64,000 nucleotides of DNA from Thermoanaerobaculia bacterium (GTDB lineage Bacteria > Acidobacteriota > Thermoanaerobaculia > UBA5066), in the NCBI GenBank assembly GCA_963719225.1, contig CAVRAY010000001.1, positions 512,001 through 576,000 of the forward strand, read 5' to 3'. Shown here piece by piece: positions 8,412 to 18,663 of this stretch. The notes under the pieces were generated by a model. The model was not told the origin of the DNA. It was given only the letters and a program-made list of their open reading frames with translations, and did no database searches. A program made the translations under genes and the position numbers. The number at the start of each line of letters is the position of its first letter. Within the stretch, counting starts at the first letter, position 1.

Positions 8412-10162
8412 GTCCCGTCGACAGCGGCTTCCCGCGGGATTCCGGCGTGAAGAAGCGGATGCTCCCCTCGGTGACCGAGGTCGTCCGCGAGCTCGCCAAG
8501 GTCGTCTCCGCGGACCCGGCCGTGCTGTTCAAGGGCGCGCGGAGCGTGGTCGCCGAGGAGCTCGCGAAGGTGAAGCAGGGGTTCGAAGCGGCGCCGCTCG
8601 ACGTCCTCGTCAAGAGGGCGCGCCTGCAGCTCGAGCGCGACGGCGAGGCGACCCCCGTGTCCGACCCGCCCATGCCCGTCTTTCCGACACGCCCCGCGCC
8701 GTCGCGCGATGCGGCGGAAACCCCTTCGTCTCCCGCGGGCGGCGCCTCCACGAAGAGGGCGACTCCCGACGATCCCTTTCAGGACGTGGCGTCGCGGGCG
8801 GAGCTCAACTGGGAAAAGGAGATCCCGATCCAACCCGAGGACGCGCCCTTCCGCTCCGCGATCCTTCCCATTCCGCGCAAGTCGCGGGGGCCGCTCGAGA
8901 TTTCCCAGCCCATCGACGCGCCGCACAAACCCGCTTCGGAGCCGAAGGTTGAGCCAAGAGTTGAGCCGAAGGTTGAGCCGACGCCTGGGCTGAAAACCGA
9001 GCCGGCCCCTCGGAAACCGCATCCCGAGCTGGAGCTGGACTTTGCTCGCCCGTCGCCGGCGGCGCCCGAAGCTCCCAAGCCAAAACCGAGAGTCGCGCCT
9101 CCCGAGCCGCCTCCGGTTCGGCCCGAGCCGGCTCCGAAGCCGAAAGCAACGCCTGCCGAGCCCGCGCCGCTCGCGTCCGAGCCCGCAGAACCGGCGCCGA
9201 AGCCGGCCCCGGCCGAGGTTGCGCCGGAAAAGCCGATGCAGCGTCCCGCGGTGGTGTCCGCACCCGCCATCCCGCTCGTGAACCCGCGCGAGCTCGAGCT
9301 CCCCGAGGCCCTCTCCCGGCGCGCTTCGCCGCCTCCCTCGGTTCCCAAGGCTCCTTTCGAGCCGCTTCCGCAGCCCGCCGGCCCGGAGCGGTTCCTCGTG
9401 ACGCCGGCTCCGCCTCCGCGGCGCGAGCCCGCGGTGATGTCCATGTCGGAGATGCCGCCCCTCGCAGAGACTCTCGAGGACCAGATCGAGAACCACGACG
9501 ACACGCAGCCGAACATGGAGGAGTTCAATTTCAAGGCGGCTGAAAATCCCGCCCCGGCGCAGGCCCCGCCGCCCTCCCGCTCGAGCCGAAGGGGCTGGCT
9601 CGTTGCGATCCTGGGCGTCCTCGTGATCGCCGCGGGCCTGACGTGGGCCGTGCGCGAGGGCGTTTTCAAGAGCGACGTCGTCAGGAACCCAGCGCTCGTC
9701 ACGCAACAAATCCCCGACCTGGCGCCGCCCGAAAGCGTGGCGCCCGCACAGGCACCCACGGCTCCGCCACCCGTCCTCGGAAAACCCGCGGGGCCGCCAT
9801 CGAAATCCGCTCCCGCTCCGGCGAAACAGTCTGCCGCCGGTCCCCCCTCGGGCGCCGCGATCCCGAAGGGCCGGGCTGCGGTGCTGCTGACGCCCGACTG
9901 GGCGGGGAAGCCTGTCGTCTACGTCATTCACTTCTCGTCGACGAAGGATCGCGAGAGCGCGGCGAAGGAGGCGCAGAAGCTCGGCGCCGCTCTCGGCGCT
10001 CCCGCACGCGCCGTCGAAGTGGATCTCGGCGAAAAGGGGACCTGGTACCGCGTCGTGATCGGCGAGTTCAAAGACGTCGACGCCGCGCGCGCGTTCCGCG
10101 CGGAGCTCGAGGCGAAGAAGACGCCGGGCATGGGCTTCGTCTACGAGATGCGGGGGCGCTGA
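8408..10162 (+). CDS. Pro-rich bitopic membrane protein with C-terminal SPOR domain
   Basis: ATGA overlap with the actin stop; small helical N-domain, long Pro/Glu/Ala-rich region, TM (WLVAILGVLVIAAGLTWAV), SPOR-like YVIHFSS...GTWYRVVIGEF..A.AF. Confidence 0.85.
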   Translation: MSPVDSGFPRDSGVKKRMLPSVTEVVRELAKVVSADPAVLFKGARSVVAEELAKVKQGFEAAPLDVLVKRARLQLERDGEATPVSDPPMPVFPTRPAPSRDAAETPSSPAGGASTKRATPDDPFQDVASRAELNWEKEIPIQPEDAPFRSAILPIPRKSRGPLEISQPIDAPHKPASEPKVEPRVEPKVEPTPGLKTEPAPRKPHPELELDFARPSPAAPEAPKPKPRVAPPEPPPVRPEPAPKPKATPAEPAPLASEPAEPAPKPAPAEVAPEKPMQRPAVVSAPAIPLVNPRELELPEALSRRASPPPSVPKAPFEPLPQPAGPERFLVTPAPPPRREPAVMSMSEMPPLAETLEDQIENHDDTQPNMEEFNFKAAENPAPAQAPPPSRSSRRGWLVAILGVLVIAAGLTWAVREGVFKSDVVRNPALVTQQIPDLAPPESVAPAQAPTAPPPVLGKPAGPPSKSAPAPAKQSAAGPPSGAAIPKGRAAVLLTPDWAGKPVVYVIHFSSTKDRESAAKEAQKLGAALGAPARAVEVDLGEKGTWYRVVIGEFKDVDAARAFRAELEAKKTPGMGFVYEMRGR

Positions 10163-10199
10163 GGCACGAGCGCGCTCGTCTTGTACGTCGCTGCGTCGG

Positions 10200-11680
10200 T
10201 GTCAAAGCTCCTTAGAAGTGTCCCCTCGTAGAGCTCGTTAGAAATGTCCCCTTTTGGTCGTCGTAGTCGTCGCGCGGTGGAAATGTGGAAAACGGGAGGC
10301 CGGCCTCATCGGAGGCCGGCGCGCTCCTTGCGCTCCCATGAAGCCTGGACGCTTGCGGCGGTTAATGGTGTTCTCCAGGGGTGAACATCAGAGGGCGCTT
10401 TGAAAGGGCGGCGTGTTGCCACGGAGGCCGGCTTGATCAGTGGCGCCGGCCGAGGCGGCCGGTTTTTGATTTCGTGAAACTCGAGGGCTCGATGGTAGTG
10501 AAGCAGCACCCGACTGCCATCAAGCCTGTGGCGAACCACGATCTTCTCGCGGCGGCGCGGCATCTGAGACTTGGGCCCGGTAATCTGGAACCAGCGGCCG
10601 TCCCAGGCGACCGTCCAGTCGTTCTGCACGGTGCGCTGCTCTTCGAAGACGAAAACATCCTCGAGCCGTAGGCGCTTGGGCACGGGTCGGTGGTAGTCGA
10701 CTCGGCTAGCCGAGCTGTGCGCGAATCTCTGATTGATCGTCTCGAGGAATCCTCCTCTCAGAAGGGCGTTGGCCGCCTGGAGGTCCTTGATGCCATGCAG
10801 CCTGAACTCCTTGACGAGCCGGTCCTGAAGCACGCCGTGCCGCCGCTCGATCCTGCCCTTGGCCTGAGGGCTGGCTGCGGGAATGATCTGAATCGAGAGC
10901 TTGTGGCAGGCCTTGCCGAAGGCCGTCAGTGCAGGCCGGCCTAAGAGCTGCTCGTCTTTCGTCGGCTCGCGATCAGCCACGTAGAGATTCTTGTGGTCGG
11001 TGTAAAGCGCCTTGGGGATCCCGTAAAGCTCGATCCACCGCCACAGCACCCTCATCGCTCCTTCGGTGGTCTCCTGCTCGAAGAATTCGCCTCCCATCTT
11101 CGCCGTGGCGTCGTCGACGAGGTCGATCAGGCATGGCTTGTGGCCCGTCTCGAGCCAGTCGTGGAAGCTTCCGTCCATCTGAACGAGCTCGCCGAAGTGC
11201 TCCTTCGGCGGCCTCCACCTGCGGTGCGGCCCTCGTTTCCTTTTCTTCTTCCACAGCCCCTCTACCATCAGCCACCGCCGCAACGTCTCGTGAGAAACCC
11301 TCAGCCCCACCTCGAGAAGCTTCTCGGCCGCCAGTGTCGGCCCAAAACCTTCCAGCCGCGTCCGGCAGAGCTCGAGACTCTGCTGCTTGCTCTCAGGGTC
11401 CAACTTCCGATTCGACGGCCGTCCTCGCGAGCGATGCACCAGTCCCTTGGCGCCCTCGGCGCGGTATCTCTTCCAGATCCTCTTGCCCTGCCGCCCGCTC
11501 ATCTGAAGCCGCTCGGCAGCCGCCACGACCGTCTGACGCCCGGCCTTCACCTGCTCGAGCTCCACCAGCCGCGCTCTCTCCTTCGTGCTCAGCCCCACGA
11601 TCTCCTCCATCGCGCCCCCTTCTTTACGAGGGGACACTTCTATCGAGTTATCGAGGGGACACTTTCATGGAGCTACGACA
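10200..11680 (-). mobile_element. Complete IS1202-family (formerly ISNCY) insertion sequence, 1481 bp, 17-bp target duplication
   Basis: Ends read TGTCAAAGCTCC and TGTCGTAGCTCC (revcomp), each with two subterminal AA(G/A)TGTCCCCT boxes. Direct repeat GTACGTCGCTGCGTCGG at 10183-10199 and 11681-11697. Confidence 0.93.
10306..11610 (-). CDS. DDE transposase, IS1202/ISNCY family
   Basis: N-terminal HTH (GLVHRSRGRPSN), GELVQMDGS, VDDAT, YTD, SPQAKGRIER. ATG at 11610 after GAAGGGGG. Confidence 0.93.
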   Translation of the reverse strand: MEEIVGLSTKERARLVELEQVKAGRQTVVAAAERLQMSGRQGKRIWKRYRAEGAKGLVHRSRGRPSNRKLDPESKQQSLELCRTRLEGFGPTLAAEKLLEVGLRVSHETLRRWLMVEGLWKKKRKRGPHRRWRPPKEHFGELVQMDGSFHDWLETGHKPCLIDLVDDATAKMGGEFFEQETTEGAMRVLWRWIELYGIPKALYTDHKNLYVADREPTKDEQLLGRPALTAFGKACHKLSIQIIPAASPQAKGRIERRHGVLQDRLVKEFRLHGIKDLQAANALLRGGFLETINQRFAHSSASRVDYHRPVPKRLRLEDVFVFEEQRTVQNDWTVAWDGRWFQITGPKSQMPRRREKIVVRHRLDGSRVLLHYHRALEFHEIKNRPPRPAPLIKPASVATRRPFKAPSDVHPWRTPLTAASVQASWERKERAGLR

Positions 11681-11697
11681 GTACGTCGCTGCGTCGG

Positions 11698-11726
11698 TTG
11701 ACATCTGATGTGTGATGCGTGATGCT
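11698..11726 (+). promoter_or_regulatory. Putative sigma70 promoter/operator of vapBC
   Basis: TTGACA-N17-GATGCT ending 6 nt before the antitoxin ATG; three TGATG repeats and the CATC-T-GATG palindrome overlap it. Confidence 0.55.
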
Positions 11727-11732
11727 ATCCCG

Positions 11733-11960
11733 ATGAGGACGACACTCGAGATCGACGACGATGTCTTGCAGGCGGCGAAGGAGATCGCGGCCAATCGCTC
11801 GACTACGGCCGGTCGAGTCCTTTCGGCCCTCGCGCGAAAGGCGCTCGAGCCGGGAAGGCAACCGCAGGTACGCAACGGGGTACCCCTGATTCCGCGCCGG
11901 CCGAAAGGGAGCGTCCGCCCGACGATGGCTCTCGTCAATCGGCTCCGGGACGAGGCGTGA
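11733..11960 (+). CDS. vapB: VapB-type (RHH) antitoxin
   Basis: MRTTLEIDDDVLQAAKEIA...RNGVPL; overlaps the PIN gene start. Confidence 0.88.
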   Translation: MRTTLEIDDDVLQAAKEIAANRSTTAGRVLSALARKALEPGRQPQVRNGVPLIPRRPKGSVRPTMALVNRLRDEA

Positions 11961-12400
11961 GGCGAGTCGCCCTCCTCGACGTCAACGTCCTCGTCGCGCT
12001 GTTCGATCCGGATCACGTGCACCACGAAGCCGCCCATCAATGGTTTCGCGGCATTCGCCAGGATGGCTGGGCCACCTGCCCGATCACAGAAAACGGGCTC
12101 GTGCGGATTCTCTCGAATCCCGCCTACATGGCCCGCCCCGAGACGCGCGGAGCGATCGTCCGACGCCTCGTCGACTTCTGCGCGAGCGGTGAGCACGTCT
12201 TCTGGTCCGACGAGATCTCGTTTCGAGACCACGGTCTCTTTAAGTGGTCCGCGCCCGTGTCCCACCAGGCGCTCACGGACGTTTACCTGTTGGGTCTTGC
12301 GAGGAGCAGGTCGGGGAAGCTCGCGACGTTCGACCGAAGTATTCCCGTTGCGGCCTTCGTCGGAGCCGACCGAGGAACACTCGAGGTGATCCCGGCCTGA
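11957..12400 (+). CDS. vapC: VapC PIN-domain ribonuclease toxin
   Basis: LLDVNVL, TCPITE, TDVYLL and LATFD acidic tetrad. Confidence 0.92.
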   Translation: MRRVALLDVNVLVALFDPDHVHHEAAHQWFRGIRQDGWATCPITENGLVRILSNPAYMARPETRGAIVRRLVDFCASGEHVFWSDEISFRDHGLFKWSAPVSHQALTDVYLLGLARSRSGKLATFDRSIPVAAFVGADRGTLEVIPA

Positions 12401-12437
12401 CGAGCGGCTTGAATCTCCGAGGGGAGACTTCCTCTAT

Positions 12438-13181
12438 TCATTGGCAGCCCCTCTCGGCACGTCGCAACGCGGCCTCCTGTCCGGCCTCCTGCCCTGGTCC
12501 GGGGCCGGGGATAATGACCTTTGCCACCGGCGCGACGGCCTCGTACAAGAGCCTCAAGAATCCATCACCGCCGCCGTTCGAGCGTACGACGCCGTGGGCC
12601 GCCACCAGGGATTCCTGCAGTAGCTTGCACCCGGCCTGCAGCGCCTGCGCACGTCCCTCGTCTTCGGTGTTGGGTTTCTCCCCTTTCGCCAGGGCTGCGC
12701 GGCTCGCTTCAAGAGAACGACGACGGTCCTCCTCGTGGAAAGCGAGTACGCGCTGCGCCTCGCCCCGCAAGAGATTCTCTGGTTCGGAAGGCAGGTTTAG
12801 GGCCTGCCATTTCGCGCGGATGAGCTGTCTGGTGGGGCTGGCCTCAAACTCGGGATCGAACATGTGGGGAATGAAGTTGCGGTAGAGCTCGATGGGAAGG
12901 AAGAGGGCGGGTGTCTTCGCACCGTTGACGTAGTCCTGAATTGGAATATCTCCGCTATTGTTATTGAGGGATACCCGATCAGCAGCTGCGCGACATGCCG
13001 CGGCGCCCGGTGCGAAGCGCGCCGCAAGTCGCTCCTCTGTGGTCCACTGCCACGCCGCCTTCGAACGTGTAGGCGATTGTGATTGGGTCTCCTCAGCCGT
13101 CCCGGGAAAGCCGAGCACACACTGGAGGGACACGGTTAACAAGAGCCTATTCAATGTCGCTTCTTCTTGAGTCCTCGTCAA
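12438..13181 (-). CDS. Hypothetical, probably secreted protein
   Basis: 247-aa ORF in a lower-GC segment with a signal-like hydrophobic stretch; no family recognised; start uncertain. Confidence 0.6.
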   Translation of the reverse strand: MTRTQEEATLNRLLLTVSLQCVLGFPGTAEETQSQSPTRSKAAWQWTTEERLAARFAPGAAACRAAADRVSLNNNSGDIPIQDYVNGAKTPALFLPIELYRNFIPHMFDPEFEASPTRQLIRAKWQALNLPSEPENLLRGEAQRVLAFHEEDRRRSLEASRAALAKGEKPNTEDEGRAQALQAGCKLLQESLVAAHGVVRSNGGGDGFLRLLYEAVAPVAKVIIPGPGPGQEAGQEAALRRAERGCQ

Positions 13182-13202
13182 AGATCATCATCGGCTCCGC
13201 TC

Positions 13203-13232
13203 AAAAAAAATAGGGCCGCGCGAACGCGGCCC
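13203..13232 (-). terminator. Rho-independent terminator after korB
   Basis: Minus strand GGGCCGCG-TTCG-CGCGGCCC followed by TATTTTTTTT. Confidence 0.9.
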
Positions 13233-13255
13233 GAGGCATCCATGGAAGAAGGCCG

Positions 13256-14134
13256 TCAGAATGACGGCTGGAAAGTCTTGATGACGTCGGCGACGGTCGG
13301 CGCCGGCTTGCCGGCGAGCGCGTTCACCTTGACGGCCGCGAGGCGGTCGAGGAGGGTGGGCTCCGAAACTTCGTAGAGCAGCCCCGTCGTCATGAACTCC
13401 TTCTCCCGCGTGTAGGCGAGCGCCGCCGCGCGCGACGAGGGGTCGTGATCCGCGGGGAGCGGCTTCTGCTTGGCCTTGAGCGTCTTGAACAGGTCGTCGC
13501 CGCGCCACGTGACGCAGGGAGACATGATGTTCAGGAACGCGAATCCCTTGTGAGAAAGAGCCTTCACCATGAGCTCGACGGTGCCCTTCAGGTCGCCCGA
13601 GAAGGTGCGCCCGACCCACGTGGCTCCGAACGAGATCGCGAGCTCGCAGGGGTCGACCGAAGGCTCGGGGTTTCCGTAGTGCGTGGACTTCGTCTTGTCT
13701 CCCGCGGGGGTCGTGGGCGCGGCCTGGCCCTTCGTGAGGCCGTAGATCTCGTTGTCCATGAGGAGGTACGTGACGTCCAGATTGCGCCTCGCGGCGTGCA
13801 TGAAGTGGTTGCCGCCGATGGCGATCCCGTCGCCGTCGCCGCCCACGGCGATGACCTTGAGGTCCGGGCGCGCGACCTTGACGCCCGCCGCGAGCGGAAG
13901 AGCGCGGCCGTGAAGGCTGTTCACGCCGAACGTGGCCACGTAGCCGGGGAGGCGCGACGAGCAGCCGATTCCCGAGACGACGACCGTCTCCCAGGGCTTG
14001 ACCTGCAATTCGGTGAGCGCGCGATAGAGGCCGGTCAGGACGCCGAAGTCGCCGCAACCGGCGCACCAGACGGGTTTCAGCTCGGTCTTGTAGTCGGCGG
14101 GCTTGAACTCGGGGAGCGTCGCGGTTTCGCTCAT
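13256..14134 (-). CDS. korB: 2-oxoacid:ferredoxin oxidoreductase beta subunit
   Basis: WCAGCG, SGIGCS, LHGRALP, GDGD...DNEIYGLTKGQ TPP motif. Confidence 0.95.
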   Translation of the reverse strand: MSETATLPEFKPADYKTELKPVWCAGCGDFGVLTGLYRALTELQVKPWETVVVSGIGCSSRLPGYVATFGVNSLHGRALPLAAGVKVARPDLKVIAVGGDGDGIAIGGNHFMHAARRNLDVTYLLMDNEIYGLTKGQAAPTTPAGDKTKSTHYGNPEPSVDPCELAISFGATWVGRTFSGDLKGTVELMVKALSHKGFAFLNIMSPCVTWRGDDLFKTLKAKQKPLPADHDPSSRAAALAYTREKEFMTTGLLYEVSEPTLLDRLAAVKVNALAGKPAPTVADVIKTFQPSF

Positions 14135-15903
14135 GCGGACACCTTTTCCTCGCTACGTTCGCCCGCGAAGAGCGCGGTGATCTCCGCGTCCACTTCGGCG
14201 ACGGTCAGGTGCTTGCCCCCCGACCTCTTGAAGACGTGCGTGCGCCCGGCGGGCAGGTCGATGAACGTGCGGAGGTATTGGTGGAACTGCGCGGCGTACG
14301 AGAGCTCGACGACGAGGATCTGCTTGACGCCTTTCAGGAACGCCTCGAGCTCCTTCTTCGGGAAAGGATGGATCATCTGGGGTATGAAGGCGGCGACCTT
14401 CTGGCCGCGCGCGTTCGCGCGCTGCACGGCTTCGCGCACGACTCCCTTCGACGACCCCCAGCACACGATGCCGACTTCGGCGTCCTCGGGCCCGTAACGC
14501 CGGTGGAACTTGTGGGCGTCGCGGATGGGGACGAGCTTGCGATAGCGCTTCTCGTTCATCCTCTCGTGGAGGAGGTACCCGGAGCCGGGGCTGCCCTCCT
14601 CGTCGTGCTCGAGCCCGTTCGTCTGGTAGATCCCGCCCTTGATGCCCGGGCGCGCGATCGGCGAGACGCCGTCGGCGGTTTCCCGGTAGCGGTGGTAGTC
14701 GGTGAGCTCCTCGGGAGACGGAAGGCGCCGCTCGCGCACCTCGTGGACCAGAGACGCCGGGTCGAAGGTCTCCCGCCGCTGGCCGACGAGCTGGTCGGAG
14801 AGGACGATGACGGGGATCTGATATTCCTCGGCGATGTTGAAGGCCTCGACGGTCGTGTGGAAGCAGTCTTCCACGTCCGAGGGGGCCAGGACGACGCGCG
14901 GCGCGTCGCCGTGCCCGGCGAAGACCGCCTGGAAGAGATCCGACTGCTCGCTCTTCGTGGGAAGGCCGGTGGACGGTCCGCCGCGCTGAACGTTCACGAC
15001 GACACAGGGGAGCTCGGCCATCGACGCGAGCCCGAGCATCTCGGTCATGAGGGAGAGACCGGGGCCGGAGGTGGCCGTCATCGCCTTCTGGCCCGCGAAA
15101 GACGCGCCGAGGACGGCGCCGATGGCGGAGAGCTCGTCTTCCGTCTGCGAGAGCGAGCCGCCCATCTTCGGAAGCCACTCGTCGAGGAACATGAGGATCT
15201 CGGTGGAAGGCGTGATGGGGTAGCCCGCGAAATAGCGACAGCCCGCGTGCAGGGCCCCGATCGCGGAGGCCTCGTTACCCGACATGATGAGCTTGACGGG
15301 GCCCGGCGTGAAGGCGAGCTGGCGCTCCGGCATCGGCGGGAGCGTCTGGCCGAGGAGATACCCGGCTTCGAACGCCTTCAGGGCGCCTTCACCGACCGCC
15401 GCTTTCTTCCGCCCGAAGCGGGAGACGACCGCGCGGCGAAGCGTGTCGAGGGGGAGGCCGAAGAGGGCCGTGAGAACGCCGAGCCCGACGAGGTTCTTCG
15501 ATCCCTTCGCGCCGGAATCCGTGGAGAGCTTCCCGAACGGCAGCTTGATCCAGACGGCATCCGCGTCCAGGCCGAGGTCCTCGGGGGTGCGCGCGACGGG
15601 ATCGGCCTCGTCCGAAAGGACGACGGCGTTCTTCACGGGCGTGCACTCGCCCTTGAAACGGCCGAAGTCGGCCCAGCTGAAGACGACGAGGACGTCCGCG
15701 CCGTCGCCCGATTCGTAGATCGGATCTCCGCTGAGGCGGACGACGCAGGACGATTCGCCGCCCCGGATCTGCGGGCCGTAGGCTTCGGTCTTCAGGACGT
15801 TCAGGCCGTCGCGCGCGGCAGCCTGTGCCAGGACGTCGCCCATCGTGACGATTCCGTCGCCGCCCGCGCCGACCATGGCGATGGTGATATCTCGTTTCGG
15901 CAT
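14131..15903 (-). CDS. korA: 2-oxoacid:ferredoxin oxidoreductase alpha subunit (gamma+alpha)
   Basis: GAGGDG, IRGG, YPITP, EDE, TSGPG, QRGGPSTGLPTK. Confidence 0.95.
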   Translation of the reverse strand: MPKRDITIAMVGAGGDGIVTMGDVLAQAAARDGLNVLKTEAYGPQIRGGESSCVVRLSGDPIYESGDGADVLVVFSWADFGRFKGECTPVKNAVVLSDEADPVARTPEDLGLDADAVWIKLPFGKLSTDSGAKGSKNLVGLGVLTALFGLPLDTLRRAVVSRFGRKKAAVGEGALKAFEAGYLLGQTLPPMPERQLAFTPGPVKLIMSGNEASAIGALHAGCRYFAGYPITPSTEILMFLDEWLPKMGGSLSQTEDELSAIGAVLGASFAGQKAMTATSGPGLSLMTEMLGLASMAELPCVVVNVQRGGPSTGLPTKSEQSDLFQAVFAGHGDAPRVVLAPSDVEDCFHTTVEAFNIAEEYQIPVIVLSDQLVGQRRETFDPASLVHEVRERRLPSPEELTDYHRYRETADGVSPIARPGIKGGIYQTNGLEHDEEGSPGSGYLLHERMNEKRYRKLVPIRDAHKFHRRYGPEDAEVGIVCWGSSKGVVREAVQRANARGQKVAAFIPQMIHPFPKKELEAFLKGVKQILVVELSYAAQFHQYLRTFIDLPAGRTHVFKRSGGKHLTVAEVDAEITALFAGERSEEKVSA

Positions 15904-16027
15904 CGTTGGCCTCGCCTTCTCCGAACGGCTCGCCGACTCGCCGGAGGGTCCTTCGGGTGCGCGCCAGAGTGCGTGCGGACGCGGGCTACCTCAATGGTGC
16001 AAACGGATCACCCGTTGAGGCTGCGTC

Positions 16028-16807
16028 TCAGGCTGAAATCAGCCGCGCCAGCGAATACGCCGCTCCCGAGGCGAGGGCGCCGACGAGGACGGTGCGCAAC
16101 CCTTCCTGAACGGGCGGCCGGCCCGTCAGCCGACCCTTCACCCCCCCGAAGACGGCGAGCGCAGCCAGCGTGACCCCCACGGACACCGCGAGCGCGGACG
16201 TCACGGGGATAGCGAGGAGGTACGGGGCGAGCGGGATCGCCCCCCCGGCGACGTAGGAGCCGCCGATGGTGAACGCCGAGATGCGCGCGCGCTTCGGATC
16301 GGGCTCCACGAGGTTCAGCTCCTCGCGCATCATGAAATCCACCCAGCGCGTGTGATCCGCGCAGACGGCGTGGGTAGCCTTCTCCAGCGTGTCGCCCTCG
16401 AGGCCCCATCCCCGAAAGACCTTGCGGACCTCCTCCTGCTCCTCGCTCGGAACCTCGGCGACCTCCTCGCGCTCGCGTTTCCGCTCGCTGGCCCAGGTGT
16501 CGGCCTCGCTCCGGGCGGCGAGGTAGCCGCCGAGACCCATCGCGATGGCGCCCGCGGCCAGCTCCGCGACGCCCGCGATGAGAATGACGCGCGCGTTCGC
16601 GACGGCGCCGGAGAGGCCGGCGGCGAGCGCGAACGGAACCGTGAGGCCGTCGGACATTCCGAGGACGACGTCGCGTACCGTCTCGGACCCGGAGAAGTGG
16701 GCCTCGACGTGGTGGTGGCGGGGCCGTGGACGGGACGTGCCCTTCACGTGCGGCGGCGAAGCTGCCGTGTGCGGCCGCGGCTTCTCCTTCGACTTTTGGG
16801 CAGTCAC
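16028..16807 (-). CDS. VIT1/CCC1 family Fe/Mn transporter
   Basis: VRDVVLGMSDGL, AMGLGGYLA, MMREEL. GTG start overlaps the SDR stop. Confidence 0.92.
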   Translation of the reverse strand: MTAQKSKEKPRPHTAASPPHVKGTSRPRPRHHHVEAHFSGSETVRDVVLGMSDGLTVPFALAAGLSGAVANARVILIAGVAELAAGAIAMGLGGYLAARSEADTWASERKREREEVAEVPSEEQEEVRKVFRGWGLEGDTLEKATHAVCADHTRWVDFMMREELNLVEPDPKRARISAFTIGGSYVAGGAIPLAPYLLAIPVTSALAVSVGVTLAALAVFGGVKGRLTGRPPVQEGLRTVLVGALASGAAYSLARLISA

Positions 16808-17514
16808 GGGTTCGTCTGCCAGATCTCGAGGCTCTTCGTCAGGGCGCGGTCGTCGGCCGCGACGAGAGAGACGACCGCGTCCGCCACGTCCTCGGGCTGG
16901 ATCGCGCGCGCCGACTCGAAGGGGAGTCCGGATCTCTTCATGAGATCGGTGCTCACGGTCGACGGGAAGACGCACGTCACGCGCACGTTCGACGTCCGCG
17001 CCTCGTAGAGCAGGACCTCGGAAAGCCCGGCGAGGCCGAACTTCGACGCGCAATAGGCGCCGCCGCCGGCAAACCCGCGGCGGCCCGCGGTCGAGGCGAT
17101 GTTCACGATGTGCCCGCGCTTTCTCGACTTCATCCCGGGCAGGACCGCGCGCGACATGAGGAACGGCCCGCGCAGGTTGACGGCGAGAACGCGGTCGAAG
17201 ACGACCGCATCCATCTTCTCGACGGGAGCGGACGCGAAGATCCCCGCGTTGTTCACGAGCACGTCCACGGGGCCGAGCTGCTGCTCCACGGCGGACACCG
17301 CGCGCGAGACGGCGCCTTCGTCGGCGACGTCCCCGGAGACGGCGCACGTCGTGGCACCCGAGTCCTTCATCTCCTTCTGGACCTCGAGGAGGTTTTTCTT
17401 CGTCTTGCCGAGAAGCGCGACCATCGCTCCGGCGGCCGCGAAGGCGTGCACCAGCGCGCGGCCGATCCCGCGTCCGGCGCCCGTGACGAGAACGACCCTG
17501 CCCTCGAGCTTCAT
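16804..17514 (-). CDS. SDR family oxidoreductase
   Basis: TGAGRGIG, NNAG, YCASK. Confidence 0.93.
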   Translation of the reverse strand: MKLEGRVVLVTGAGRGIGRALVHAFAAAGAMVALLGKTKKNLLEVQKEMKDSGATTCAVSGDVADEGAVSRAVSAVEQQLGPVDVLVNNAGIFASAPVEKMDAVVFDRVLAVNLRGPFLMSRAVLPGMKSRKRGHIVNIASTAGRRGFAGGGAYCASKFGLAGLSEVLLYEARTSNVRVTCVFPSTVSTDLMKRSGLPFESARAIQPEDVADAVVSLVAADDRALTKSLEIWQTNP

Positions 17515-17580
17515 CGGCGCCTCCCGGCCGGGATTCTAGAGCCGCACTGGCGTTCGGGGTGGTAACTTGGAGAGAGCCCG

Positions 17581-18662
<1,082 letters not shown>

Positions 18663-18663
<1 letters not shown>

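Noticed and set aside
6398-16807. Magnetosome island (MamK-like actin plus a nearby VIT1 iron transporter)
   Set aside because: No other mam/mms/mad genes are recognisable; VIT1 lies in a separate, opposite-strand gene run.
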